A stretch of 64,000 nucleotides of DNA from an uncultured Candidatus Saccharibacteria bacterium. GTDB taxonomy: Bacteria; Patescibacteriota; Minisyncoccia; UBA6257. The DNA lies in assembly GCA_964479005.1 (NCBI GenBank), contig CAYZJA010000001.1:80642-144641 (forward strand), read 5' to 3'. Position numbers and translations under genes: made by a program. The notes below the pieces were generated by a model that did not search any database, had not been told where the DNA came from, and was given only the letters and a program-made list of their open reading frames with translations. Positions 8,226 to 17,319 of this stretch are shown here, one piece after another; the first letter of the stretch is position 1; each line of letters opens with the position of its first letter.

Positions 8226-9434
8226 ATGGATTTTGTAGATAAAAACAAGCCATTGGCTGATAGAATGAGACCAGACTCTCTGGGTGATTTTTTAGGTCAG
8301 GAAGAACTTGTTGGGGAAGGAAAACTATTAAGGCAGGCAATTGAATCTGATAAAGTCCCTTCAATGATTTTTTGGGGACCTCCAGGAAGTGGTAAAACCA
8401 CCTTGGCTTATATTATTGTCAAACAAACTAAATCTGAATTTAGACGGATGAGCGCTGTTTCCAGCGGAATAAAAGATTTAAGAGAAACTGTAAAACAGGC
8501 AGAAGAAAACAAAAAATTAGGAAAAAGGACAATTTTATTTATTGATGAAATTCATCGTTGGAATAAAGCTCAGCAGGACGCATTGCTTCCTCATATTGAA
8601 CAAGGATTGATAATACTTATTGGGGCTACAACAGAAAATCCCAGTTTTGAAGTTATAGGGGCATTACTTTCCCGTTGTAGGGTTTTTGTTTTAAAACAGC
8701 TCAATAAATCTCAGATTTCAGAGATTATTAAAAGAGCGCTGAAAGATAAGAAAAAAGGATTAGGCAAATTAGGCATAAAAATAGATAATGAAATAATTGA
8801 TACTATTTCAGAGATGAGCAATGGGGATGCTAGAATTGCTCTTAATGTTCTTGAATATGCGTCTTCTATTTCAAATGAAATCACATTAGATCTTGTAAAA
8901 GACGCTTTTCAGAAATCCAATTTGTTTTATGATAAAAATGGTGAAGAACATTATAATATAATTTCAGCATTACACAAATCAATGCGTGGATCTGATGCTA
9001 ATGCCGCTTTGTATTGGTTAGCAAGAATGTTGGAAGCAGGTGAGGACCCTTTGTATGTAGCTAGAAGAATTGTACGGTTTGCTTCAGAAGATATAGGTTT
9101 ATCTAATTCTCAGGCATTACAACAAGCTGTTACTGCTTATCAGGCTTGTCATTTTATAGGAATGCCAGAATGTAATGTTATATTAGCCCAGGCAGTTGTT
9201 TATATGGCTAAATGTAAAAAATCAAATGATTTATACGTTGCTTATAAAAAGGCCGCTGAAGATGTGAGGAAATATGGAAATTTGCCAGTGCCTTTGCATA
9301 TTCGTAATGCCCCGACAAAATTAATGGAGGATTTAAAATATGGTAAAGGATATAAATATAGCCCTGATTATGATTACAAAGAAAATCAAGAATATTTACC
9401 AAAAGAATTAAAAGATAAAAAGTATTTAAAATAA
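8226..9434 (+). CDS. rarA: replication-associated recombination protein A (AAA+ ATPase)
   Basis: MRPDSLGDFLGQEEL...MIFWGPPGSGKTTLA Walker A; DEIHRWNKAQQD; C-terminal MgsA domain. Confidence 0.9.
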   Translation: MDFVDKNKPLADRMRPDSLGDFLGQEELVGEGKLLRQAIESDKVPSMIFWGPPGSGKTTLAYIIVKQTKSEFRRMSAVSSGIKDLRETVKQAEENKKLGKRTILFIDEIHRWNKAQQDALLPHIEQGLIILIGATTENPSFEVIGALLSRCRVFVLKQLNKSQISEIIKRALKDKKKGLGKLGIKIDNEIIDTISEMSNGDARIALNVLEYASSISNEITLDLVKDAFQKSNLFYDKNGEEHYNIISALHKSMRGSDANAALYWLARMLEAGEDPLYVARRIVRFASEDIGLSNSQALQQAVTAYQACHFIGMPECNVILAQAVVYMAKCKKSNDLYVAYKKAAEDVRKYGNLPVPLHIRNAPTKLMEDLKYGKGYKYSPDYDYKENQEYLPKELKDKKYLK

Positions 9435-9472
9435 AAATCCTCTCATTCCTTTTTTGTAGAAATAAGAGGATT

Positions 9473-10189
9473 TTAAATTTTGTCTGCCATGTTTAAGAGT
9501 TCTTCAATTATGGCTTCTCTTGTTTCCTTTTTGCTTTCTTTATTATCAAGCATTTTTTCCAAATCCTCAAGAGAAATATGGTCACCAATTTTTACTTTAA
9601 TTCTTACTTTTCGGAGTAAGTAACCAATCCAATCCCCATCTGGTTTTCCATAAGGACCTTCCGCTTCAATTCTGAGAGGGAAAACAGCGATTTTTTGATT
9701 AGTTGTTTTTTCTGTTTGTTCGATAACCAGACTAACTAATCCCCCGACTCTTTTGTCTTTTGGGACTACTGTTCCCTCAGGGAAGATAACTATACTGACA
9801 CCCTGCTTTATAAGACTGATCATTTCTCTAATAGTGTCCCTTTTTGTATTTTTTTGATTGATAAAGATAATATAAGGGCTTAAACAAAGGCATTTGAAAA
9901 GCGTTCTTAAGTTATCTTTAGCAACATATCTTGTTGTGCTATACAGAAAGATATGTCGAAACTGAAGTTTCCAAAAAGCAGCTGCCAGAAAAACCGGATC
10001 CCAACAACCGAAGTGGCGAGCTACAAAAATAGAACCGAGATTATTCCGTTTTTGCCAGAGAGAGATTTTCTTTTGACCATATACCCGCACTCCGAAGAAA
10101 ATTAGAGAAAGTAAAAAGCACAATAATCCGTAGACTTGATAAATCCAAGCATAAACAATTTTCAAAGAGCTTGATTTCATTTCTATCAC
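9473..10189 (-). CDS. plsC: 1-acyl-sn-glycerol-3-phosphate acyltransferase (lysophospholipid acyltransferase)
   Basis: HFGCWD (HxxxxD) and FPEGT motifs; N-terminal TM segment. Confidence 0.75.
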   Translation of the reverse strand: MIEMKSSSLKIVYAWIYQVYGLLCFLLSLIFFGVRVYGQKKISLWQKRNNLGSIFVARHFGCWDPVFLAAAFWKLQFRHIFLYSTTRYVAKDNLRTLFKCLCLSPYIIFINQKNTKRDTIREMISLIKQGVSIVIFPEGTVVPKDKRVGGLVSLVIEQTEKTTNQKIAVFPLRIEAEGPYGKPDGDWIGYLLRKVRIKVKIGDHISLEDLEKMLDNKESKKETREAIIEELLNMADKI

Positions 10190-10344
10190 CTCCTAAAGTG
10201 ATTATTAATTATTTATAAAACTATACAATTAACCAAGATAGATGTCAACTGGCATGCTTTAGGAAAAATATCCTGAGATTCCAGTAATAACCGTTAGCCT
10301 AAAAGAAACTAAAAATTCAATAGAGAGGGGAATCTTAGAACTAC

Positions 10345-10373
10345 TTGACAAGAGCAAGGAACTATGCTAACAT
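10345..10373 (+). promoter_or_regulatory. sigma70-like promoter TTGACA-N17-TAACAT
   Basis: cttgacaagagcaaggaactatgctaacat. Confidence 0.4.
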
Positions 10374-10379
10374 AAATGT

Positions 10380-10629
10380 AGTACATTTTGAGAATAAATT
10401 GAGAATACAGAGAGTCCTTGGTTTTATTAAAAGCTCTAAGATAGAGTTTTATGAGATAATAGGGTTATCCAGATAACCTAAAGAAATATCTCAATATTGA
10501 TAAACTAGCTAGAATGTAGCAATTACCGCAACAATTAAATAAGTTGTAATTGAAGAAGCGAGGACTCTTAATTAATCGGCGGTGTCAGGTTAGTCAGGAA
10601 AAAGGAACTAATCTGATACCGCCTTTTTT
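10380..10629 (+). ncRNA. candidate ~250-nt structured non-coding RNA of unknown class, between the divergent plsC and CaCA genes
   Basis: Bounded by a promoter and a strong intrinsic terminator. No ORF. Long-range complementarity agagagtcct (10411-10420) / aggactctt (10561-10569). Internal hairpin gggttatccagataacc. Confidence 0.3.
10578..10629 (+). terminator. intrinsic terminator
   Basis: ggcggtgtcagg...cctgataccgcc followed by tttttt. Confidence 0.6.
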
Positions 10630-10676
10630 CTTTGTCAAAAAATTGATAAGATATAATAGATCTGAAAATATTAAAT

Positions 10677-11645
10677 ATGTTTATAATATATAGCTTAATT
10701 TTTATAACCTCTTGCGTTGCACTTTATTTTTCAGGCAATTGGCTCATTGATGGGTTAAAAAGAATTGGTAGATTTTTACGTTGGAGGGAATTTATCATTG
10801 CTTTTTTCGTTATGGCTTTTGCAGGGTCTTTGCCAAATCTTTTTGTAGGAATCAGTTCAGCTCTTCATAAAGTTCCGCAACTCTCTTTTGGTGATATTGT
10901 TGGAGGTAATTTAATTGATTTAACATTGGCTGTGGCTTTAGCTGTTTTAATTGGTGGCAATGCTATTCCTACCAAGGGCAAGATTTTAGAGAGAAGCGCT
11001 CTTTTTACGACTTTTGTCGCCATTTTACCCCTGCTTTTAATATGGGACGGCGTATTGGCAAGAGGTGATGGATTAATACTACTTTTCGTTTTTGTTTTTT
11101 ATATCTTTTGGCTCGTTTTAAATAAAGAAAGATTCAGAGAATTTTCCGGAGATGAAGAAAAACAAATGCCAAGTATTTTAAAAGAATTCAAGGTTTTTAT
11201 AAAAGATATTGGGTTAATTCTTTTGTCTTTTATTTTGCTTTTATTAGCAGCAGAGGGCATGGTACAAAGCGCTAAATTTTTTGCTGTGGCTTTGAATATT
11301 TCCTTGCCTATTATTGGGATTTTAATTGTAGGATTAGGTAATACTTTGCCGGAAATTCGTTTTGCTGTTGCGTCGGCTAAAGCTGGGAAAACAGAAATGA
11401 TTTTAGGAAATTTAATGGGCGCTGTTATTATGCCTGCTACTTTGGTTTTAGGCACAGTCGCTTTGATTAGTCCGATTGTAATTCCCAGTTTTACGCCTTT
11501 TGCTGTTGCAAGAGTTTTTTTGATAATTTCAGCAGTAACTTTTTATATCTTTACAAGAAGATATAGAAAGATTACAAAGAAAGAGGCGATAATTCTGCTT
11601 TTACTTTATGTTGCTTTTGTCGTAATTGAAATTTTAATAAGATAG
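10677..11645 (+). CDS. Ca2+/cation antiporter (CaCA, YrbG-like) membrane protein
   Basis: Two alpha-repeat motifs GNLIDLTL and GNTLPE; about 10 TM segments. Confidence 0.75.
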   Translation: MFIIYSLIFITSCVALYFSGNWLIDGLKRIGRFLRWREFIIAFFVMAFAGSLPNLFVGISSALHKVPQLSFGDIVGGNLIDLTLAVALAVLIGGNAIPTKGKILERSALFTTFVAILPLLLIWDGVLARGDGLILLFVFVFYIFWLVLNKERFREFSGDEEKQMPSILKEFKVFIKDIGLILLSFILLLLAAEGMVQSAKFFAVALNISLPIIGILIVGLGNTLPEIRFAVASAKAGKTEMILGNLMGAVIMPATLVLGTVALISPIVIPSFTPFAVARVFLIISAVTFYIFTRRYRKITKKEAIILLLLYVAFVVIEILIR

Positions 11646-11646
11646 C

Positions 11647-11675
11647 TTGACAAAACAAGGAAAAGGATATATAAT
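11647..11675 (+). promoter_or_regulatory. sigma70-like promoter TTGACA-N17-TATAAT
   Basis: ttgacaaaacaaggaaaaggatatataat. Confidence 0.55.
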
Positions 11676-11770
11676 CGGGGTAGTTATGGAGAAGATTGAG
11701 TTGCACCTTTACATTTTAAAAGATAAAAAAGATTAAAATATAAGAAAGATTAGAATATAAAAAGGAGGTA

Positions 11771-12361
11771 TTGAAAATGAAAAAGTTATTATTAATACTA
11801 ATGATGATTGTTTTGGTGGCTTTTGCTTTAATGATCCTTGTTTTTCCTGTAGAGAGTATGTATACTGCCCTAGATTCTGAACACGAGATACCTGAAACTA
11901 TTTTGATAAGTAAATTAGGCATAGAGGTATCATACCAATATTGGTATGATACAAAAGAGGGTATAATGAAAGTAGAATTTGTAACCTATATAGATGAGGA
12001 TGATCAAACATCGTGTGCGCAGATTGTTGATGCTGAGGTAGGAGATACCTTCACTGGGATTTCCGGAAGAACCTATGTACTACAAGAACAAACAACGCTT
12101 ACTCAGGCACAAATACAATATCTGACTCATAAGGATATTGTAGTTGTAGGTGAGTGGGTGCCGGTAGATGAAGCTAGTGATAGTGGAGGAAGTGAAGGTA
12201 CTAGTAGTATAGGTATTTCTACTCTGGGGCCATATTATTTTATAGAAGGTGGCGTCACATATAAATATTATATAGGATACATTCCGCCTCCACCTCCTAT
12301 TACTGAAGTTGATGAAGCTGTCGATGGAGGATGGATTGTAACATACTTTCAGCAGAATTAA
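11771..12361 (+). CDS. secreted or membrane-anchored hypothetical protein with PPPPP stretch
   Basis: N-terminal signal/TM segment, AAGGAGG RBS, no recognisable domain. Confidence 0.5.
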   Translation: MKMKKLLLILMMIVLVAFALMILVFPVESMYTALDSEHEIPETILISKLGIEVSYQYWYDTKEGIMKVEFVTYIDEDDQTSCAQIVDAEVGDTFTGISGRTYVLQEQTTLTQAQIQYLTHKDIVVVGEWVPVDEASDSGGSEGTSSIGISTLGPYYFIEGGVTYKYYIGYIPPPPPITEVDEAVDGGWIVTYFQQN

Positions 12362-12407
12362 AATGAAGATGAATGAAGATAAAATTGTCAACTTTTCAAT
12401 ATATAAA

Positions 12408-12440
12408 GAGGCGTTTGGTTTAGAACTGAACGTCTTTTTC
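12408..12440 (+). terminator. intrinsic terminator after 11771-12361
   Basis: ggcgtttggtttagaactgaacgtc followed by tttttc. Confidence 0.45.
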
Positions 12441-12493
12441 ATTAACAAGGACTAGCTTTACTAAATTTATGCCTTTGGCATTTGTCCTTATTT

Positions 12494-12521
12494 GGTGTGG
12501 GGGTTGACAAATTATTTTTCT
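12494..12521 (+). promoter_or_regulatory. sigma70-like promoter TTGACA-N16-TATACT (sRNA copy 1)
   Basis: ggggttgacaaattatttttctttgctatact; paralogous to the promoters at 54247 and 57847. Confidence 0.6.
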
Positions 12522-12527
12522 TTGCTA

Positions 12528-12596
12528 TACTAAAGATGCCGTTGTTTTGAGATATGTAGCTTGCTATATATCAATGGGCAGCGGCATTTTTTTTTG
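12528..12596 (+). ncRNA. small RNA / structured leader, copy 1 of a two-member family
   Basis: AAGATGCCGTTGTTTTGAGATATGTAGCTTGCTATATATCAATGGGCAGCGGCAT then U9. The 5' ATGCCG pairs with the 3' CGGCAT. Homologous to 54281-54342 with a compensatory C-G to U-A change in that stem. Confidence 0.5.
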
Positions 12597-12656
12597 CGCT
12601 TTTTGATGGTATAATAAAATATAGAAATAATTAAAAAAGATAAAGTATTAATTAAT

Positions 12657-13319
12657 ATGATTAGTTTAAATCAAGTTAAAAAGAATCCGCAGATATTAGA
12701 ATTTATCAAACAGTCAGATGAAGCTTTAGCGGCAGTAGGTTATACAGAGCATAGTTTGTCTCATGCCAAGATTGTTGCTACTCGAGCGAGAACAATTGCT
12801 AAAGAACTTGGTTTTTCAAAACAAAAGCAAGAAATAGCAGCTATTGCCGGTTTTTGTCATGATATGGGGAATTTTTTAAGCAGAAGCCATCATCATTATT
12901 TTGGAGCTTTATTATTCCATCAGACTTTTAATCAGGATTTTACTCCAGAGGAATTAGCAATAATCATGAATGCAATTTCCAATCATGATAAAGACGAAAT
13001 GAATTTTTCCAACATTATTACTGCGATACTTGTTTTAGCTGATAAAACAGATGTGCGCCGTTCAAGGGTGGTTAATAAAAAACCTAAGAAAATAAAAAAG
13101 GATATACATGATAGGGTTAATTTTGCCACAAAAATATCAAGAGTAAGAATTAACAAAAAGAAAAAATTAATTACTTTAATTCTTAAAATTGATACTGGCT
13201 TTGTACCAATAATTGAATACTTTGAAATTTTTACAGATAGAATGGTTTATTGTCGAAAAGCGGCAAAGTTTTTAGGCTATAAATTTGGTTTAATAATTAA
13301 TAACTTTAAATTACTTTAA
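12657..13319 (+). CDS. HD-domain phosphohydrolase
   Basis: H...CHDMGN (HD motif)...NHDKDE. Confidence 0.65.
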   Translation: MISLNQVKKNPQILEFIKQSDEALAAVGYTEHSLSHAKIVATRARTIAKELGFSKQKQEIAAIAGFCHDMGNFLSRSHHHYFGALLFHQTFNQDFTPEELAIIMNAISNHDKDEMNFSNIITAILVLADKTDVRRSRVVNKKPKKIKKDIHDRVNFATKISRVRINKKKKLITLILKIDTGFVPIIEYFEIFTDRMVYCRKAAKFLGYKFGLIINNFKLL

Positions 13320-13331
13320 AATTAAAACAAA

Positions 13332-14009
13332 ATGGCAAATTTATTTATTGTTGCCACGCCGATAGGGAATTTAGAAGATATTTCTTTGCGAGCGCTTCGT
13401 ATCTTGAAAGAAGTTGATATAATATTATGCGAGGATACGAGAGTAACAAGGAAGTTATTATTGCGTTATGATATCAAAACTCCAGTTTTAAGTTATCATC
13501 AACATTCGCAATTAAAAAAAGTAAATCATATAGCAGATTTATTAGAAGAAGGAAAGAACTTAGCATTAGTTTCTGATTCTGGTACTCCTGGGATTTCTGA
13601 TCCGGGAAATAAATTAATAGATTTTCTTGTTAAGAAAAATATTAATTTAACAATTATTCCAATACCTGGCTGTTCAGCTTTAATAACTGCTGCCTCTATT
13701 TCCGGTTTTCCAATGGATAGATTCACTTTTTTAGGATTTCCTCCACATAAGAAAAAAAGAAATAAATTCTTTGAAGAATTATTAAAAATAAAACACCCAG
13801 TTGTTTTCTATGAATCACCTCATAGAATTATTAAAACATTAGAAGAGATTGGTAATAAATCTCAAAAACTTAATCTTAATTTACAAGTAATCGCTTGTCG
13901 GGAATTAACTAAAAAATTTGAGACGATTTACAGAGGAACGATTAATGAAGTGATAAAAAAGGTAAAAGATGATAAAATAAAAGGAGAATTTACAGTAATA
14001 ATAAATTAA
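13332..14009 (+). CDS. rsmI: 16S rRNA (cytidine1402-2'-O)-methyltransferase
   Basis: LFIVATPIGNLEDISLRALRILKEVDIILCEDTRVTRKLL, tetrapyrrole-methylase fold typical of RsmI. Confidence 0.85.
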   Translation: MANLFIVATPIGNLEDISLRALRILKEVDIILCEDTRVTRKLLLRYDIKTPVLSYHQHSQLKKVNHIADLLEEGKNLALVSDSGTPGISDPGNKLIDFLVKKNINLTIIPIPGCSALITAASISGFPMDRFTFLGFPPHKKKRNKFFEELLKIKHPVVFYESPHRIIKTLEEIGNKSQKLNLNLQVIACRELTKKFETIYRGTINEVIKKVKDDKIKGEFTVIIN

Positions 14010-14013
14010 AATC

Positions 14014-14334
14014 ATGTATAATTTGAAGCAATTATATAAACTTAAGCAAAAAGTAAGGACATTAGAGGATGAAAAAAACAGAGTAGAAAGAGATCTGAGA
14101 AAGATAACAGTAGGCTATATTATTGCAGCCTTTGGTTTTGTGGCTGGTTTAGCTTGGAGGGATTTATCCATAGCCTTGGTAGAATATTTATTCCCGATGA
14201 GTAAAGACACTATTTTAGCTAAGTTTATTTACGCAATTTTGGTAAGCGTTGCATTAGCTTTTGCTAGTATCTATGTGCTGAGATTTATAGGTAAAACAAA
14301 GAAGAAAAAAGGCCTTGAAGATATACAACGATAG
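14014..14334 (+). CDS. small membrane protein, unknown function
   Basis: Coiled-coil N-terminus and two TM helices. Confidence 0.4.
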   Translation: MYNLKQLYKLKQKVRTLEDEKNRVERDLRKITVGYIIAAFGFVAGLAWRDLSIALVEYLFPMSKDTILAKFIYAILVSVALAFASIYVLRFIGKTKKKKGLEDIQR

Positions 14335-14359
14335 ATTATTTAAATAGAATTCTATATTT

Positions 14360-15247
14360 ATGGAAAATTTGGTAATAGGAGATGAGTTAGCTAAAAAATT
14401 AGCCAGGCAACTGAACTTAGATTTCATTTTAATAGAAGACAGGGTTTTTCCTGATGGTGAAGTACAGCCCCGTTTAGAAAAAGAGAAAAAAGCTAATAAA
14501 GCTATTTTAATTTTTCAGAAAAAACAAAACGAAGACATTAATACTTATTTAATTAAGTATTTTTTATTATTAAGAAAGCTAAAAGATCTTGCGCAAGAAA
14601 TAATATGTATCATGCCTTATTTTCCTTATGCTCGCCAAGATTCTATTTTCCAAGAAGGTGAATCTCTTTCCTCTTTGTACATTTCTGAATTAATAGAAAA
14701 AAATGCAGATGTTTTTATTACATGTAATATGCATGAACATAGAAAAAAAATTGGAGATTTATTTAAAATTTCAAGCCACAACGTCTTTCTTTTTCAGGAT
14801 TTGGCAGAAGAATTTGAAGATTTTTCCCCTTCTAATTCAGTGGTTATAGGCCCAGATAAAGAGTCTGAAGCATTTGTTAATGATTTCTGTAAAAGATTTT
14901 CCGCGCAAAAAGTGATTTTTCAGAAAACAAGAGATATTAAGACAGGAAAGATAGATTTTTCTTATGATAAAAATTGTGACTTCACAAATAAAGATGTTAT
15001 TATCGTAGACGATATTGTTTCAACTGGCAGAACTATTTTACAAGCGGCCGAGATAGCGAAAGAACTTAAAGCCAAAACAATTAGCTTTGCCTTTATTCAT
15101 TCCATATTTGGGGACAAAGCAATAGAACAATTGAGTAAAATAAATCCTAAGAAGATTGTATTTACAAATACTTTAGAAAACTCTTGTTTTTCAGTTGATA
15201 TTACCAAGCCGATAGCAAAATATATTTTAGAAAATAAATTAGTTTAA
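14360..15247 (+). CDS. prs: ribose-phosphate pyrophosphokinase (PRPP synthetase)
   Basis: FPDGEV in the N-terminal domain; PRPP-binding loop VIIVDDIVSTGRT. Confidence 0.7.
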   Translation: MENLVIGDELAKKLARQLNLDFILIEDRVFPDGEVQPRLEKEKKANKAILIFQKKQNEDINTYLIKYFLLLRKLKDLAQEIICIMPYFPYARQDSIFQEGESLSSLYISELIEKNADVFITCNMHEHRKKIGDLFKISSHNVFLFQDLAEEFEDFSPSNSVVIGPDKESEAFVNDFCKRFSAQKVIFQKTRDIKTGKIDFSYDKNCDFTNKDVIIVDDIVSTGRTILQAAEIAKELKAKTISFAFIHSIFGDKAIEQLSKINPKKIVFTNTLENSCFSVDITKPIAKYILENKLV

Positions 15248-15252
15248 AAAAG

Positions 15253-16788
15253 ATGAAAAAGAAAAACAATTCTAAAAATTCAAAAACAAACGGTATTTTT
15301 TTTCTCAAAGTTAAATATTTAGATATTAAAACAGGGCATCCTTGGATTGTTATTATTAATGAAAAAGATGGTCGGCGTTTTGGCATTAGGCCAGGCGATG
15401 AATTAGTTGTTAAATGGGAAGAAAAGCAAACAGAAATCGCAGTAGATACTACAGAATCTTTGGTAAAAAAGGGAGAAATTGGAGTTTTTCGAGATATAAC
15501 AAACAGGTACAAAATTAAACAAGGGGAATTTTTGGAATTAAAACTCGCAGGCCATGCGCCTTCTCTTAAAATTATTCACAAAAAGCTAAATAGAAAGAAA
15601 TTGTCTTATAAGGAAATGCATTCCTTGGTTTCAGATATAGCTAAGCATAGAATTAATGATTTAGAATTATCTTTTTTTATTGCTTCTGCTTTTGATGAAA
15701 AAAACTTTTCAAAAGAGGAGATTTATTATTTAACCAAAGCTATTAGTGAAACAGGGGAAATGATGAAATTTGGAAAAGTTGCGGCTGATAAACATTCTAT
15801 CGGAGGAATTCCAGGTAATCGCGTAAGCCCCATAATAGTTGCCATTGTGGCAAGTCATGGAATTACAATCCCAAAGACTTCTTCCAGAGCAATAACTTCC
15901 GCAGCAGGGACGGCAGATACAATGGAAGTGTTGGCGCCAGTGAGTTTTTCTTTAGATAAAATAAAAAAGATTGTTAAAAAAACGAATGCTTGTTTAATTT
16001 GGGGAGGGGCTTTAAAATTAGCTCCTGCTGATGATAGGTTTATTAAAATTACTCGTCGATTAGGATTAGAACCTTATTCTAAAATGGTTGCTAGTATTAT
16101 GTCTAAACAAGTAGCCACTGGAATTAATCATTTGGTTATAGATATGCCGATTGGCCCCACCGCAAAAATTTCAAGTGTAAAAGATATTCAGTTTGTTAAA
16201 AATTTATTCTTGTATTTAGCAAAAAGATTTAATATTAAAATTAAAATTGTTTCTCAAAAAACGATGGGCCCTATAGGAAAAGGTGTTGGTCCTTGTTTGG
16301 AAGCAAGAGATGTATTGAGAGTTTTGCAACAAAAAGAAAACAGGCCAAAAGATTTAGAGAAAAAGGCCATATTATTATCAGGATATTTATTAGAATTAGT
16401 TGGGAAAGCAAAAAAAAGAAATGGGAAAAAATTAGCCGAGGAGAGTTTGCGATCAAAGAATGCTTTTAAAAAAATGCAAGAGATTATAAAAGAACAGGGA
16501 GGGAATTCAAATATTGATTCTGAAGAGCTTCCTTTGGGTAAAGTCACTTATGAATTGAAATCTTCTCAAAATGGTTTAGTTAAGTCTATTCATAATAAAA
16601 ATCTGAACAAGATTTGTGGATTATTAGGTACGCCTTTGACTCAAGAGGCAGGGATTTATTTAAATAAATCTATTGGAGAAAAAGTAAAAAAGAAAGATAC
16701 TCTTTGTATTTTTTATACTGATAGCGAACAAAGGTTAATTTTAGCTAAGCACGCTTTGCAAAAATTGGAATTGTATAACATATCATAA
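15253..16788 (+). CDS. AMP phosphorylase (archaeal-type thymidine-phosphorylase-family enzyme with N-terminal extension)
   Basis: 511 aa. Glycosyltransferase family 3 core (SIGGIPGNRVSPIIVAIVASHGITIPKTSSRAITSAAGTADTMEVL) preceded by ~90-aa N-terminal domain (LKVKYLDIKTGHPWIVIINEKD...GIRPGDELVV) as in AMPpase. Confidence 0.65.
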   Translation: MKKKNNSKNSKTNGIFFLKVKYLDIKTGHPWIVIINEKDGRRFGIRPGDELVVKWEEKQTEIAVDTTESLVKKGEIGVFRDITNRYKIKQGEFLELKLAGHAPSLKIIHKKLNRKKLSYKEMHSLVSDIAKHRINDLELSFFIASAFDEKNFSKEEIYYLTKAISETGEMMKFGKVAADKHSIGGIPGNRVSPIIVAIVASHGITIPKTSSRAITSAAGTADTMEVLAPVSFSLDKIKKIVKKTNACLIWGGALKLAPADDRFIKITRRLGLEPYSKMVASIMSKQVATGINHLVIDMPIGPTAKISSVKDIQFVKNLFLYLAKRFNIKIKIVSQKTMGPIGKGVGPCLEARDVLRVLQQKENRPKDLEKKAILLSGYLLELVGKAKKRNGKKLAEESLRSKNAFKKMQEIIKEQGGNSNIDSEELPLGKVTYELKSSQNGLVKSIHNKNLNKICGLLGTPLTQEAGIYLNKSIGEKVKKKDTLCIFYTDSEQRLILAKHALQKLELYNIS

Positions 16789-16837
16789 GGTAGTATAATA
16801 ATATATAGAAGGTCGATAATTTTAAAAAAATAAAAAT

Positions 16838-17203
16838 ATGATTTGGATACTTTATTTTCTTGTGGCTGTATGGGGAATTTTTGGGATTCTTATGCTTTTT
16901 GCTCCTAGAAAAGCAATAGGTTTAGCCTTAAAGTTTACTCATAGCGGTCCTTATTGGGTATGGGGAATAATAGCTCTAATAATTGCTGTTTTGCTTTGGC
17001 AGTCTGCGAATTCACTAAGCACTCCTTTACCTATTCAGATTTTAGCAGTTTGGGCAGGTATTAAAGGATTATTTACGTTACTTTTGCCAAAAAGCAAAAT
17101 GAATCGCATGTTAAATTATTTCACTAGTATCTCAGATGTTTTTTTAAGAGTATTTGGTGTAGTTTTGTTGGTTTTAACTTACTACATCTTCATGCTGATT
17201 TAG
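16838..17203 (+). CDS. membrane protein, unknown function
   Basis: 121 aa, four TM helices; AAGGTCG motif 28 nt upstream. Confidence 0.45.
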   Translation: MIWILYFLVAVWGIFGILMLFAPRKAIGLALKFTHSGPYWVWGIIALIIAVLLWQSANSLSTPLPIQILAVWAGIKGLFTLLLPKSKMNRMLNYFTSISDVFLRVFGVVLLVLTYYIFMLI

Positions 17204-17230
17204 GAAATTAATCATTAATAGAAATAAAGA

Positions 17231-17265
17231 TAGCAGGTATGTTTATCATGCCTGCTATTGTTTTT
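17231..17265 (+). terminator. intrinsic terminator
   Basis: agcaggtatgtttatcatgcctgct followed by attgttttt. Confidence 0.55.
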
Positions 17266-17319
17266 AAAAAAGATAAAAGAATGATACAATAAAATAAGTA
17301 TATTTTAATTATTAAATTT

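Noticed and set aside
10578-10629. SRP RNA (4.5S) domain IV, because of GUCAGG...GGAA...AGGAA-like sequence
   Set aside because: The hairpin lacks the conserved GGAA tetraloop / AGCA asymmetric loop arrangement and is followed by U6. It is better explained as an intrinsic terminator. The upstream 250 nt are kept as an unclassified ncRNA candidate.
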